Shown here in pieces: positions 50,596-59,911 of a stretch of 64,000 nt of DNA (position 1 is its first letter; each line of letters begins with the position of its first letter). The notes below the pieces were generated by a model, which was given only the letters and a program-made list of their open reading frames with translations, was not told where the DNA came from and ran no database searches. The stretch is from IMG/VR virus record IMGVR_UViG_3300034018_000714; one strand, 5' to 3'. Source of the stretch: an uncultured virus (IMG/VR IMGVR_UViG_3300034018_000714) (taxonomy: Duplodnaviria; Heunggongvirae; Uroviricota; Caudoviricetes). A program made the position numbers and the translations under genes.

Positions 50596-51402
50596 ATGAA
50601 GTATGGAATTATCGGTAGCGGGTCTGCCAATACCAAAGTTGTACAAGAAGGTCTCATTGACATCTTGAAGAGTGACGAAGACGCAATCTTTGTCATCCAC
50701 GCACGCCGTGCACCGCAGGGAGCAGTCAGTGATGTCTATGACTTCCTGGTGGACCACAAGGTTCCTTTTAGCGCAGTAACACGCATTGATGACAAAGCCC
50801 CACAAGGTCTACTTAACTTTGCCCTTGAGGTAGTTACAAACGATGATCCAACAAAGACCATCATTAATGTTTGTGATGAGGTTCTTTTGCTTTGGGATGA
50901 GTCCAGCGAAGAAGCATCAGAGAAGTTGGCAATCATGAGCGCAGATGCTGGTAAACCTATTAAGGACTTGACCATGGCATTGACACCAATTGTTATTGAG
51001 GGTTCTCCAGAACCAGTGAACATGGATGTCATTGAACCAGAGATTGTCTATGAAAAGCCCGTTGCACATGATCCTGATGAGACCACTGAGGGAACACCAT
51101 TTACTCGTGATGAGTTGATGAACATGAACATTGGTGTTCTTCGCCGTCAGGCTAAAGCACTAGGTGTTGAAAACATTGGTAAGACCAAGCAGGAAATTGT
51201 TGATGCGATCTTCTACCACGAACCAGTAGATGGTGATGCGTCAATCATCTCAGCGGATGTTGTGGCAACAGAAATTGTTGAACCACTCAATGTCACTCAA
51301 GGACAACTCACTTGGATTGAAGATGGTGTATTGCAGTCTGTGATGCTTGGAGAAAACTTCACCAAGCGGTTCCTTGCAGACTTGCGTTACAAACCTATTT
51401 AG
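50596..51402 (+). CDS. Hypothetical protein: Rossmannoid (SLOG-like) N-terminus plus Rho-N/HeH-like motif
   Basis: IIGSGS...; ELMNMNIGVLRRQAKALGV...KTKQEIVDAI. Confidence 0.55.
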   Translation: MKYGIIGSGSANTKVVQEGLIDILKSDEDAIFVIHARRAPQGAVSDVYDFLVDHKVPFSAVTRIDDKAPQGLLNFALEVVTNDDPTKTIINVCDEVLLLWDESSEEASEKLAIMSADAGKPIKDLTMALTPIVIEGSPEPVNMDVIEPEIVYEKPVAHDPDETTEGTPFTRDELMNMNIGVLRRQAKALGVENIGKTKQEIVDAIFYHEPVDGDASIISADVVATEIVEPLNVTQGQLTWIEDGVLQSVMLGENFTKRFLADLRYKPI

Positions 51403-51829
51403 TAGAAGCGGTAAGTTGCCAGCGCCACTTCTTATGCATGTCATCACGACTTGCCAGGAAGTCCATAATGCCTTGCTCGCCTGCTTTTTCGGCAGACTTA
51501 AAAGCCTTGTTGATTGTTTCAATGACACCGTCATTAACTTTCAGCAAGGCTTTTGCCATTGCCTTAGGCTCAGGCTTAACCTCTACTGACTCAACGGTGC
51601 GGAGGTCAGTAAACTTGCTGAGGGTAAATGGCGCATACTCATCCAACTTGCGAAGGTTTTCCGCAATAGGGTCAATACTGCTATAGACATCTTCGTAGAT
51701 ATCCGCAAAAAGGTCATGGTACTGAGAGAAGTCTTGTCCTTCAACATTCCAGTGATAACCGTGTGCCACGAAGTACATCGTGACAGCGTCAGCCATCAGT
51801 GTCTTAAGGTCATTAGTTAATGCGCTCAC
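51395..51829 (-). CDS. dps: Dps-family mini-ferritin
   Basis: AHGYHWNVEG.DF...H.LF..IYE.....D.IAE.LR...H.K.RWQL; start revised to GTG 51829 after AAGGAG. Confidence 0.92.
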   Translation of the reverse strand: MSALTNDLKTLMADAVTMYFVAHGYHWNVEGQDFSQYHDLFADIYEDVYSSIDPIAENLRKLDEYAPFTLSKFTDLRTVESVEVKPEPKAMAKALLKVNDGVIETINKAFKSAEKAGEQGIMDFLASRDDMHKKWRWQLTASTK

Positions 51830-52092
51830 CACTTCTCCTTGTTTGCCCAATAGGCAGCACTCATCTTGCCCTTAGCAATATTCTTTGCATGACGAGCCTT
51901 GAAAGATTCATTGCGTGCAGAACCATCGGGCGAACCAGACACACCTTGTTGACCAAAACGAATGGTCTTAATCTGGTCGCCTTCTTTGGCAACAACAATA
52001 TGAGACTTAGTTGGGTGGTCTGGTGTTGCCTTTGGCTTATTGAAACCAGAGACGCCAGCACGCTCTAAACGGGGGTCTTTCTTACTAGCCAT
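51826..52092 (-). CDS. Small basic protein
   Basis: KTIRFGQQG...R..SFKARH...SAAYWA...W. Confidence 0.75.
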   Translation of the reverse strand: MASKKDPRLERAGVSGFNKPKATPDHPTKSHIVVAKEGDQIKTIRFGQQGVSGSPDGSARNESFKARHAKNIAKGKMSAAYWANKEKW

Positions 52093-52355
52093 TATTTCTT
52101 TCCTCGGTTACGACCACGGTTAGTGGATGGGGATTCAGCAACAATTTTACCGTCTTTGGTGTGGGACATATCTTTGCCACCCTTGCCATAGACACCACGG
52201 TCTCTGCGTTCTTGGACAAGTTCAGCACGCTTTTCTTTCTGCTCTGGCTTCTTGTTGAACTCTTTATCGTAAGCGCCCTTCTTAGCCTTTGCTTCAGGAT
52301 TATCGTTGTAATACTGAGCAGACTTTTTAGGTGCACTTGACTTGGACGGAGCCAT
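52092..52355 (-). CDS. Small basic protein, HNH-derived-like
   Basis: KRAE....RR...GKGGKDMSH...S.NRGRN. Confidence 0.65.
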   Translation of the reverse strand: MAPSKSSAPKKSAQYYNDNPEAKAKKGAYDKEFNKKPEQKEKRAELVQERRDRGVYGKGGKDMSHTKDGKIVAESPSTNRGRNRGKK

Positions 52356-52522
52356 TACTTCTTACCCTTTTTGGACACAGCCATGTTGTCCACAAGATTT
52401 GGATAAGGGCGACCTGCTTTTTTAGCACGAGCCTTTGCATCTGACTTCTGTTCAGGAGTCAACTTCTTGTCTTTTTTGGAAGGGTCTGGTGTATCCCAAA
52501 CTTCTTTTTTCTTTGTAGCCAT
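52355..52522 (-). CDS. Small basic protein (55 aa)
   Basis: Hand translation MATKKKEVWDTPDPSKKDKKLTPEQKSDAKARAKKAGRPYPNLVDNMAVSKKGKK; TAAAAT-N6-ATG on minus strand. Confidence 0.75.
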   Translation of the reverse strand: MATKKKEVWDTPDPSKKDKKLTPEQKSDAKARAKKAGRPYPNLVDNMAVSKKGKK

Positions 52523-52669
52523 AGCACCATTTTACCCTATAAACGACTAAGGACTGGGACACAGTTAAGCGCCCCAGCCCTTCGTCTGAGCAACCAACAC
52601 AGGGTATGTCCAAGTGTTGGAAAAAGAGTGTATCATCACTACCCCGTAGCAACCAACAAGGAGTACGAG

Positions 52670-53152
52670 ATGAGTACAAAATTTGGAGGACCCTTCTTAG
52701 CCTTTCCACGCTGGGTTTTGCCGTATCTCAATGGGGACTCTGTAGCCAAGTCAGTCCTACTGGAATTGCTGGTTTACATGAAGCCAGATACCCAGACCAC
52801 TACGACTTCCTACAAGTACATCGCAGAGCAGGTGGGTGTTGACCGCCGAACGGTTATCCGTGCCGTTAAGCGACTTGAGTCTGCTGGAGTATTGATCCGC
52901 CAGCATCGTGGAACCAAGGGACACAACCTGTCCAACGCATTTATCATCAACTTTAATAACCCAGAGGTAGTGTCAGCCGTGACACTAGGTAGTGACACCA
53001 GTGACACCACTAGTGGTGACTCCCGTGACACTACCCCTAGTGTCACCAGTGACACCCAAATAAGAACTAATAACAAGAGTAAAAATAAGAGTACCCATAA
53101 CAAGAGACCAAAATCGGACTATGACGATCTGGAGGCAAGCCATGTCGGATGA
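52670..53152 (+). CDS. Replication initiator, winged-HTH (lambda O-like N-terminal part)
   Basis: SYKYIAEQVGVDRRTVIRAVKRLESAGVL; internal iterons; RBS aaggag; upstream of loader. Confidence 0.75.
   Translation: MSTKFGGPFLAFPRWVLPYLNGDSVAKSVLLELLVYMKPDTQTTTTSYKYIAEQVGVDRRTVIRAVKRLESAGVLIRQHRGTKGHNLSNAFIINFNNPEVVSAVTLGSDTSDTTSGDSRDTTPSVTSDTQIRTNNKSKNKSTHNKRPKSDYDDLEASHVG
52970..53110. repeat. Putative replication origin: four 16-bp iterons plus A-rich tract
   Basis: GTGTCAGCCGTGACAC 52970, GTGACACCAGTGACAC 52992, GTGACTCCCGTGACAC 53016, GTGTCACCAGTGACAC 53040. Confidence 0.75.
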
Positions 53153-53549
53153 TTGGGGCAAGTCCTGGGGAGAAGACCCAGACGACAAGAAGGCACCAGC
53201 CAAGAAGAAGTCCGCTCGGAAAGACACTCTCATGGGATTGGTCATTCACTTCTCGGAATTACTTCCAAAAGACGCTTGGGGTAAACTTAATTCACCAGTG
53301 AATGCCAAAGCCATGATTGTCGGTTTGAAGAAACTCCAAGGTGCTGGGTTTACCCCAGATCAAATCCGTGGGATGATGACAACTTTTGTTTTAGAAATGC
53401 AACGCAAACCACTTGCCGTAGGTATTGCTCCATGGCGTGCCTTCTTGGCTAACCTTGACTCCCTCGCCTCACAGGCAACAGCAACCAGCAATCAGGAGCC
53501 CGATAGTTATGATGACCTTCAGACTGACAACCGACTTGGAGGCAACTAG
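53142..53549 (+). CDS. Hypothetical replication-module protein
   Basis: RBS ggagg; between initiator and loader. Confidence 0.7.
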   Translation: MSDDWGKSWGEDPDDKKAPAKKKSARKDTLMGLVIHFSELLPKDAWGKLNSPVNAKAMIVGLKKLQGAGFTPDQIRGMMTTFVLEMQRKPLAVGIAPWRAFLANLDSLASQATATSNQEPDSYDDLQTDNRLGGN

Positions 53550-54202
53550 TGCGTGAACTTCGTAGCCAGAAATACTGGCGTAACCGTCCAGAAGACGAGC
53601 GTCTTCGCAACACCCTGATTCCAAAGCGTTACCGCATGGACACACTTGACACATTCAAGATTTCAGAGAAGGACAGACCTACATGGGATCTCATCTCTAA
53701 CTGGGTTGAGACGGCTCCTGAGCAGGTTGAAAAGGGACAAGGGCTCTACATATGCGGAACCACTGGTTCAGGAAAGACACACCTCGCTCAAGCAATCCTG
53801 AAGCGTGTGGTTCACAACAACAAACTTTGCGGAATGTTCATCACCGCTGACAAGTACATCCAAATGGCTTACAACGAAATCAAGTTTGGCGATGATCTTC
53901 CAGAAGGTTATGAAGATCCAAACACCATGAAGTATTTGCAAGATGTTCTTGACATCGTGGTCATTGACTCTCTTGGTTCTGAACGACCAACAGATTTTAC
54001 TAAGCGCACAATCATTTCTCTTTTAGAAACTCGTTATCACGAAAAGTTAACGACAATTGTTACGAGCACATTGAAGCCACAGATGCTTGAGTCCATGTAC
54101 AGCGCAAGCGTTGCATCAATCGTTACCTCGTCTTGTTACATTGCTCCAATCAAGAGCGGTGACAATCGCATTGGGCAATGGATTGAACACAATGCAGGGT
54201 AA
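53549..54202 (+). CDS. DnaC/IstB-like helicase loader (AAA+)
   Basis: IPKRY, GTTGSGKTHLA, VVIDSLGSE, RY...LTTIVTS. Confidence 0.88.
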   Translation: MRELRSQKYWRNRPEDERLRNTLIPKRYRMDTLDTFKISEKDRPTWDLISNWVETAPEQVEKGQGLYICGTTGSGKTHLAQAILKRVVHNNKLCGMFITADKYIQMAYNEIKFGDDLPEGYEDPNTMKYLQDVLDIVVIDSLGSERPTDFTKRTIISLLETRYHEKLTTIVTSTLKPQMLESMYSASVASIVTSSCYIAPIKSGDNRIGQWIEHNAG

Positions 54203-54632
54203 TGACATCACCAGTTATGCACCCACAGGTCAAGGCGTAATCTTTGATGGGTTTTTAGCATCACCACCAGAAGGTGCTAAAGCAATGCTGGAAACAATTC
54301 AAAGACGCCGTAATAATTGGGATGCAGTATTGCGTATGTGGGAGCCACACACTCTTCCACTTAAAGCATTATCCGACAGTGTAAATCGTTTAGGTATCGG
54401 AACAGATATTTACACATTCATCCATCCCGATGCGGTTGATGCTATTGATAGTTGGTTAGTACGCAAAGGAATTAATTGCCCTGTGTATTACTACGAATCT
54501 CCAGAATTGTTGGAATACGACTTGCGATTCAGTCGTGCTGTCCGTATCATCTACACCTCCAACGAACATGTTGCTCAAGTACTAGGTCCACGGGCTACGG
54601 TAGTGAGCACGGAAAAGGCATGGGCCCCGTAA
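54192..54632 (+). CDS. Hypothetical protein
   Basis: Start revised to MQGNDI; coupled to helicase. Confidence 0.65.
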   Translation: MQGNDITSYAPTGQGVIFDGFLASPPEGAKAMLETIQRRRNNWDAVLRMWEPHTLPLKALSDSVNRLGIGTDIYTFIHPDAVDAIDSWLVRKGINCPVYYYESPELLEYDLRFSRAVRIIYTSNEHVAQVLGPRATVVSTEKAWAP

Positions 54633-55894
54633 TGGCTAGTAGCGAACATCTGCTCATTAGCAAAATCATTCAGACAGGCAGTGTTGCAGAATCAATTGAT
54701 GCTGGCATTCGTCCAGATCACTTTAATTCCGAACTCTCTACTGTGTACATGTGGCTTCTCGGCTACTGGCGTGAGTACAGTGTTGTACCAACACCACGAG
54801 TAGTCAAGCAACAGTTTGCTGATTTGCAATTACTCAACGCAGAAGCAGAACCATTTGCTCGCTTAGTTGATGAACTGTTCTTGGCGTACAAGCACAAGCA
54901 TTTGGTACTTGCAGTCACTGCGGCTACACCATCTCTCAATGAGCACGACACAGACGAAGCGGCAAAGATTCTTTCAGAGGGATTGCAAAAAGCGTCTCTT
55001 GAAGTTGCACACCTTCGTGATGTTGACATTATTCAAAACTGGGAGCAACGCATTGATCGCTACAAAGAGATGCGTGAAACGCCTAACTCTCTGCGTGGTA
55101 TTCCAACAGGTTTTGCAGGTCTTGACAGAATCACCGCAGGGTTCCGACCCCAACAGTTGATTACCTTTGTAGGTGAGGCAAAGAAAGGTAAGTCCTTGAT
55201 GACACTCATCATGGCTAACACTGCTCACCAGCATGGAATCACTCCACTGTTTGTTTCGTTTGAAATGAGTATTGAAGAACAAGAAGCACGCTATGACGCC
55301 ATCGTCTCTGGTGTATCTCACACACGCATCATGCGTGGAGATTTAAGCATGGGTGAACTTGAAAAGATTGAAAAGACCATCAAGGTTCGTAAGAACATGC
55401 ACCCATTCATCTTCACAGAGGACACCGCATCATTGACAACCATTAGCGCACTTGCTGGAAAGATTCAGCAGTACCGACCTGGTCTTGTTGTCGTTGACGG
55501 TGTATACATGATGGATGATGAGAATGGTGAGCCAAAGAACAGCCCACAAGCGTTGACGAATATCACCAGAGGTCTTAAGCGTCTTGCACAGAGGTTTGAT
55601 GTCCCCATTCTTGGAACTACACAGGTGCTGTCTTCTAAGTTGAACAACAAGAAGTCACGACAGATTTCAGCAGACTCCATTGGTTACTCATCATCTTTTG
55701 CACAAGACTCTGACCTAGTGCTTGGTGTTGAATCAGACCCAGACATTGACAACCAGTCAATCATCCGAGTGGTGATTGCACGAGCCGCACCTAAGGGTGA
55801 AGTGCGAATCAAGTGGGACTGGGAAAACATGGACTTCACTGAAGTGGGAGAAGACGGAGAGGAGACAAGCGATAATGATGGCTGGTACTACTGA
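54632..55894 (+). CDS. dnaB: DnaB-like replicative helicase
   Basis: GIPTGF..LD..T.G, GEAKKGKS, SFEM, VVVDGVYMM, QDSD. Confidence 0.92.
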   Translation: MASSEHLLISKIIQTGSVAESIDAGIRPDHFNSELSTVYMWLLGYWREYSVVPTPRVVKQQFADLQLLNAEAEPFARLVDELFLAYKHKHLVLAVTAATPSLNEHDTDEAAKILSEGLQKASLEVAHLRDVDIIQNWEQRIDRYKEMRETPNSLRGIPTGFAGLDRITAGFRPQQLITFVGEAKKGKSLMTLIMANTAHQHGITPLFVSFEMSIEEQEARYDAIVSGVSHTRIMRGDLSMGELEKIEKTIKVRKNMHPFIFTEDTASLTTISALAGKIQQYRPGLVVVDGVYMMDDENGEPKNSPQALTNITRGLKRLAQRFDVPILGTTQVLSSKLNNKKSRQISADSIGYSSSFAQDSDLVLGVESDPDIDNQSIIRVVIARAAPKGEVRIKWDWENMDFTEVGEDGEETSDNDGWYY

Positions 55895-56768
55895 CCTCGG
55901 AGATTTCCTGTTGTCCATCGGAGTAGATGTACGCAGGTCTGGGCAAGAAATTTCTGCACGATGCCCAGTGCACTTGTCACGCACAGGCAAAGAGGACAAC
56001 TCTCCCTCGTGGTCTATGAACTCAGAGACAGGTCTATGGATCTGTTACTCATGTGGTGCTCGTGGAACACTTCAAGGACTTGTTATGGAACTAACTGGTA
56101 AGGAAGACCTTGCCGTTACTGAAATGATTATGAACAACAATGTTGAGCGCCTTCAGATGCCTGAGTGGGAACGGCGCCCAGAGGTTGATCATCAGATGTA
56201 CTTGCACTATGAGGAGGTTCCACAAAAGCGTCTTGCTAGTCGTGGCATTACTTCAGAAGCGGCTCGTGCTTACGGAATCCGTTGGAATGCAGACAAGCGT
56301 TCCTGGATTATCCCTATCGTCTCTTCGGAAGGAGAACTTCTTGGCTGGCAAGAAAAAGGAACCGACTATGTGTACAACCACCCCACTGGGGTTAAGAAAG
56401 GTGACACCTTGTTCGGTATTGAACGATTCAAGTCACAGACAGCCATACTCGTGGAGTCACCTCTTGATGTTGTGCGGTTTGCATCCTCGTTTGACGGAAT
56501 GCAGTGTCTTGGAACCTTTGGAGCCCAAATAACTAAGAAGCAATTACAACTTGTGTATAGCGTGGCTGACAAAGTCATCGTGGCTATGGACAACGATGAA
56601 GCAGGTATTGCTAGTGCAAAAAAGATATTCAAAGACATGCCACTCCTAAAGGGTGGCGTATACTGGCTCAAGTATTCACACACAGGTGCAAAGGACATTG
56701 GAGAAATGTCTGACACAGAAATTGAAAAAGCAATTACTGGTGCATCAGTTATTCCTTGGTGGCTTTAA
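55878..56768 (+). CDS. DNA primase (CHC2 zinc finger + Toprim)
   Basis: CPVH...CYSCG; LVESPLD; MDNDEAG; KDIGEM. Confidence 0.9.
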   Translation: MAGTTDLGDFLLSIGVDVRRSGQEISARCPVHLSRTGKEDNSPSWSMNSETGLWICYSCGARGTLQGLVMELTGKEDLAVTEMIMNNNVERLQMPEWERRPEVDHQMYLHYEEVPQKRLASRGITSEAARAYGIRWNADKRSWIIPIVSSEGELLGWQEKGTDYVYNHPTGVKKGDTLFGIERFKSQTAILVESPLDVVRFASSFDGMQCLGTFGAQITKKQLQLVYSVADKVIVAMDNDEAGIASAKKIFKDMPLLKGGVYWLKYSHTGAKDIGEMSDTEIEKAITGASVIPWWL

Positions 56769-58312
56769 TGTTTAAAGGAACTCTTTACCCCTTCCAAGAA
56801 GAAGCAAGTCACAAGATGTCCGACAAGGGTCAGATGCTCCTTGCCATGGTCATGGGCGCTGGTAAGACAGTGACGACCCTATCTGCTACAGAAGAACTGT
56901 TTGATACTAATGAAGTAGACCGTTGCCTTGTTGTTGTGCCCAGCAGTTTGAAGTACCAGTGGCTTTCTGAGATTAAGAAGTTCACTGACTCCACAGCAAT
57001 CGTCATTGATGGTTCACCAAAGCAGCGTGAAGTTCTTTGGCGCACAGCGTTGCGTTGTAAGTATGTCATCGTTAACCCAGAGACTCTTTTGAACGATCAA
57101 AACTATTTAACACATCTAGGTGCTAATGCCATCGTCATTGATGAGGCAACTATCATTAAGTCACCTCGTGCAAAGCGTTCCAAGATGTTAAAGAAGTTGG
57201 GCAAGAAGTTCCAGTACCGTTTTGCGTTGACTGGTCAACCTATTGAGAACAGACCAGAAGAATTATTCTCTATTATGGAGTTTGTTGATCCATCAGTACT
57301 CGGTCGCTTTGATGTATTTGACCGCACCTTCATCGTGCGTAACCACTTCGGTGCACCTGTTCGTTATCGTAATCTTAGTTCTCTTAATGAGTCCCTTGCT
57401 GAATCAATGATTCGTAAGACTCGTGAAGACATCCAAGACCAATTGCCAAAGGTCATCAACCAAGTTGTGCCAGTTCCTTTTGATAGGGCAGGTGCGTCAG
57501 CATATGAGAAGATCAGTAAAGACCTTCAAAACGAAATCAGTAAAGCAATCACCACAAACGGTCGTGGATTTGACCTGTGGTCTCACTATAACGGAGGTGG
57601 CGGAAGTGACGCCCAAGGTCAAATTATGTCTAGGCTTACTGTTCTCCGCATGCTCTGCGATAACCCTTCACTGGTGGTGGAGTCAGCAAAAGCGTATGAA
57701 GACCCATCGCAAAATAGTTCAGGCAGTCAATATGCTTCAACTGTCATCAAAGCAGGATGGCTTCCCACGACCACTAAGACACCCAAACTAGACGCAGTTA
57801 TTACCTACATTGAGGATGTATTAAATGAAGACCCAAATAACAAAGTGGTTCTATTCTCGTTCTTTAAGAAGAACCTACGGCTTATCCAGGAAGCAACTAA
57901 AGGACTTACGGACAGCGTACTCTTCATGGGTGGTATGGATGCGAGCGATAGAGACCGTTCCAAGCAACGGTTCCAGACCGATCCTAATGTTCGGCTCTTT
58001 CTATCATCTGATGCGGGAGGTTATGGCGTGGACTTACCACAAGCCAATTACCTCATCTCTTATGATCTCCCTTGGTCGGCTGGAAAACTGGACCAAAGAG
58101 ACGCCCGTATTATCCGATTATCTTCAACACACCCCCATGTCACAATTACATCGTTCGTAATGAAGGGCTCCATTGAGGAAAGGCAGTATGAAATGCTTCA
58201 GCAAAAGCGTGGCATTAACTCAGCCTTCCTTGACAAGGGGTATGACCAACAGGGTAAGTTTGAATTATCACTTGGAACATTGTCCGATTTTTTAAAGAAC
58301 ACAGAGGTTTAA
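56768..58312 (+). CDS. SNF2-family helicase
   Basis: MGAGKT, VIDEA, ALTGQPIEN, SDAGGYGVDL, QR.ARI.R. Confidence 0.92.
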   Translation: MFKGTLYPFQEEASHKMSDKGQMLLAMVMGAGKTVTTLSATEELFDTNEVDRCLVVVPSSLKYQWLSEIKKFTDSTAIVIDGSPKQREVLWRTALRCKYVIVNPETLLNDQNYLTHLGANAIVIDEATIIKSPRAKRSKMLKKLGKKFQYRFALTGQPIENRPEELFSIMEFVDPSVLGRFDVFDRTFIVRNHFGAPVRYRNLSSLNESLAESMIRKTREDIQDQLPKVINQVVPVPFDRAGASAYEKISKDLQNEISKAITTNGRGFDLWSHYNGGGGSDAQGQIMSRLTVLRMLCDNPSLVVESAKAYEDPSQNSSGSQYASTVIKAGWLPTTTKTPKLDAVITYIEDVLNEDPNNKVVLFSFFKKNLRLIQEATKGLTDSVLFMGGMDASDRDRSKQRFQTDPNVRLFLSSDAGGYGVDLPQANYLISYDLPWSAGKLDQRDARIIRLSSTHPHVTITSFVMKGSIEERQYEMLQQKRGINSAFLDKGYDQQGKFELSLGTLSDFLKNTEV

Positions 58313-58313
58313 T

Positions 58314-58733
58314 ATGAGGGTTGTAAAACGGGAACAAGAGCAAGCACAGCCAGATACCGCCTATCTTGAACGGTTGGCTGAAGAGTACAAGCGTTCTAAG
58401 GAGACACTTGCTGTCATTGAAAAGCGCACTAATGACATGAAGAAAGAACTGTCAGTTGCTGTTGAATCTTTCGGTGATCCAGATGATAAAGGACATCTTT
58501 GGTTGACAGTAGGTGATTTGGTCCTTAAGCGTGAGAAGCGTGTGTCTCGTTCATTTGATACACAGTCAGCAGAAGTGTGGGCTCGTGAGACGGGTCGCTG
58601 GGATGATGTGAAGATGGTGCTTGAAGTTCTTGATGAAGACAAGATCCTTGGTCTGGCATGGAATGACAAAGAACTTGAAGAGACCATCATGTCTTTTTAC
58701 ATTGAGAAAGAATCTTGGGCTTTTAAAGCATGA
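58314..58733 (+). CDS. Hypothetical protein
   Basis: ORF track; coiled-coil N-terminus. Confidence 0.7.
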   Translation: MRVVKREQEQAQPDTAYLERLAEEYKRSKETLAVIEKRTNDMKKELSVAVESFGDPDDKGHLWLTVGDLVLKREKRVSRSFDTQSAEVWARETGRWDDVKMVLEVLDEDKILGLAWNDKELEETIMSFYIEKESWAFKA

Positions 58734-59182
58734 GAGATGTTCTTGATTTGTTTGGAGAACTTCCTGATTACCCAGGTAAGACCAAGCCAAAAAACCGTAC
58801 CGATAGTGGTAATAAACAAAAAGACTTTGATGACCCTTTTAAAGGTGTCTCAAAGCGTATTGCCACCATCGGGGGAACACCTCGTGAGTTGTATACCATA
58901 GGTTCAGTTGCCAAGATACTTGGTCGCTCTGCGGTTACACTTCGTAAATGGGAGAGTAAAGGGTGGATTCCTGCTCCCACATACCGAACCTCAAAAGCAA
59001 GTGGTGCGGAGTTGTTAAACACCGACCGTAAGGGGTATCGTCTCTACTCCCGTGAGCAGGTGGAAGTGTTGTTAGAAGCACTGACACTAAGTAATCTCAT
59101 GGGGGAGAGAAACCCTAGTTGGCAAGACGCCAACAATTGGGTATCTTTCATTAATCACACAAAAGCCAATTGGCCCAAGTAA
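58730..59182 (+). CDS. MerR-like HTH DNA-binding protein
   Basis: YTIGSVAKILGRSAVTLRKWESKGWIP...GYRLYSREQV. Confidence 0.85.
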   Translation: MRDVLDLFGELPDYPGKTKPKNRTDSGNKQKDFDDPFKGVSKRIATIGGTPRELYTIGSVAKILGRSAVTLRKWESKGWIPAPTYRTSKASGAELLNTDRKGYRLYSREQVEVLLEALTLSNLMGERNPSWQDANNWVSFINHTKANWPK

Positions 59183-59194
59183 GGAGCAAACAAC

Positions 59195-59911
59195 ATGGGA
59201 AGATGGGATAACGAGTTTGAGGATGACGAGACAGAGTTCTCTGAACCTTCTAAGTCAACCGCACCAACAGGTCTTACACGCAAGGCACCAAGCCTTGTAG
59301 AAGATGACGCACCTGCACGCAAAGTCGTTCGTAGTGGTTGGGGAAGCACCGACCGTTCAACACCAACGAGTAGCGATGATTTTGCAAAGCGTCTTAAGGT
59401 AACAGAGGACATTCAGATCATCAAGTTCATTGAGGACGCACCATACGCTCGCTACCGCCAGCACTGGGTAGAGCGCAAGGGTCAAATGTCTTTTACTTGT
59501 ATTGCTGACATGGAGTCTGGCACTTCTTGCCCACTTTGTGAAGCAGGTAATCGTCCGTCATGGCGCTTTAACTTCAATGTCATTCTCTTGACAGCAGGGG
59601 AAGAGCCAGTGCTTCGTTCATACGAAGTTGGTGCACGAGTCATTGACCAGTTGAAAAACTTCAACGACCACCCAGCAATGGGACCTCTTCCTAAGCACTA
59701 CTGGACAGTATCTCGTTCAGGTAAGGGAGCAACCACTGCTACCAACCATCAGATGGTTCGTGAGGGCGACCTTGATGAATGGGGTATTGAGGCATTGACT
59801 AGTGAAGCACTCAAGCATTTCAGTGGCACTGCGTATACCGATGAGATCATCCGTACACCATCTCGTAAGACACTCGCTGAAGTTGCACTTGAGATTCAGA
59901 CAGACGACTGA
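59195..59911 (+). CDS. Single-stranded DNA-binding protein (gp32-like)
   Basis: IIKF...PYA.YRQHW...C...CPLC...F.FNV; position before polymerase. Confidence 0.7.
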   Translation: MGRWDNEFEDDETEFSEPSKSTAPTGLTRKAPSLVEDDAPARKVVRSGWGSTDRSTPTSSDDFAKRLKVTEDIQIIKFIEDAPYARYRQHWVERKGQMSFTCIADMESGTSCPLCEAGNRPSWRFNFNVILLTAGEEPVLRSYEVGARVIDQLKNFNDHPAMGPLPKHYWTVSRSGKGATTATNHQMVREGDLDEWGIEALTSEALKHFSGTAYTDEIIRTPSRKTLAEVALEIQTDD

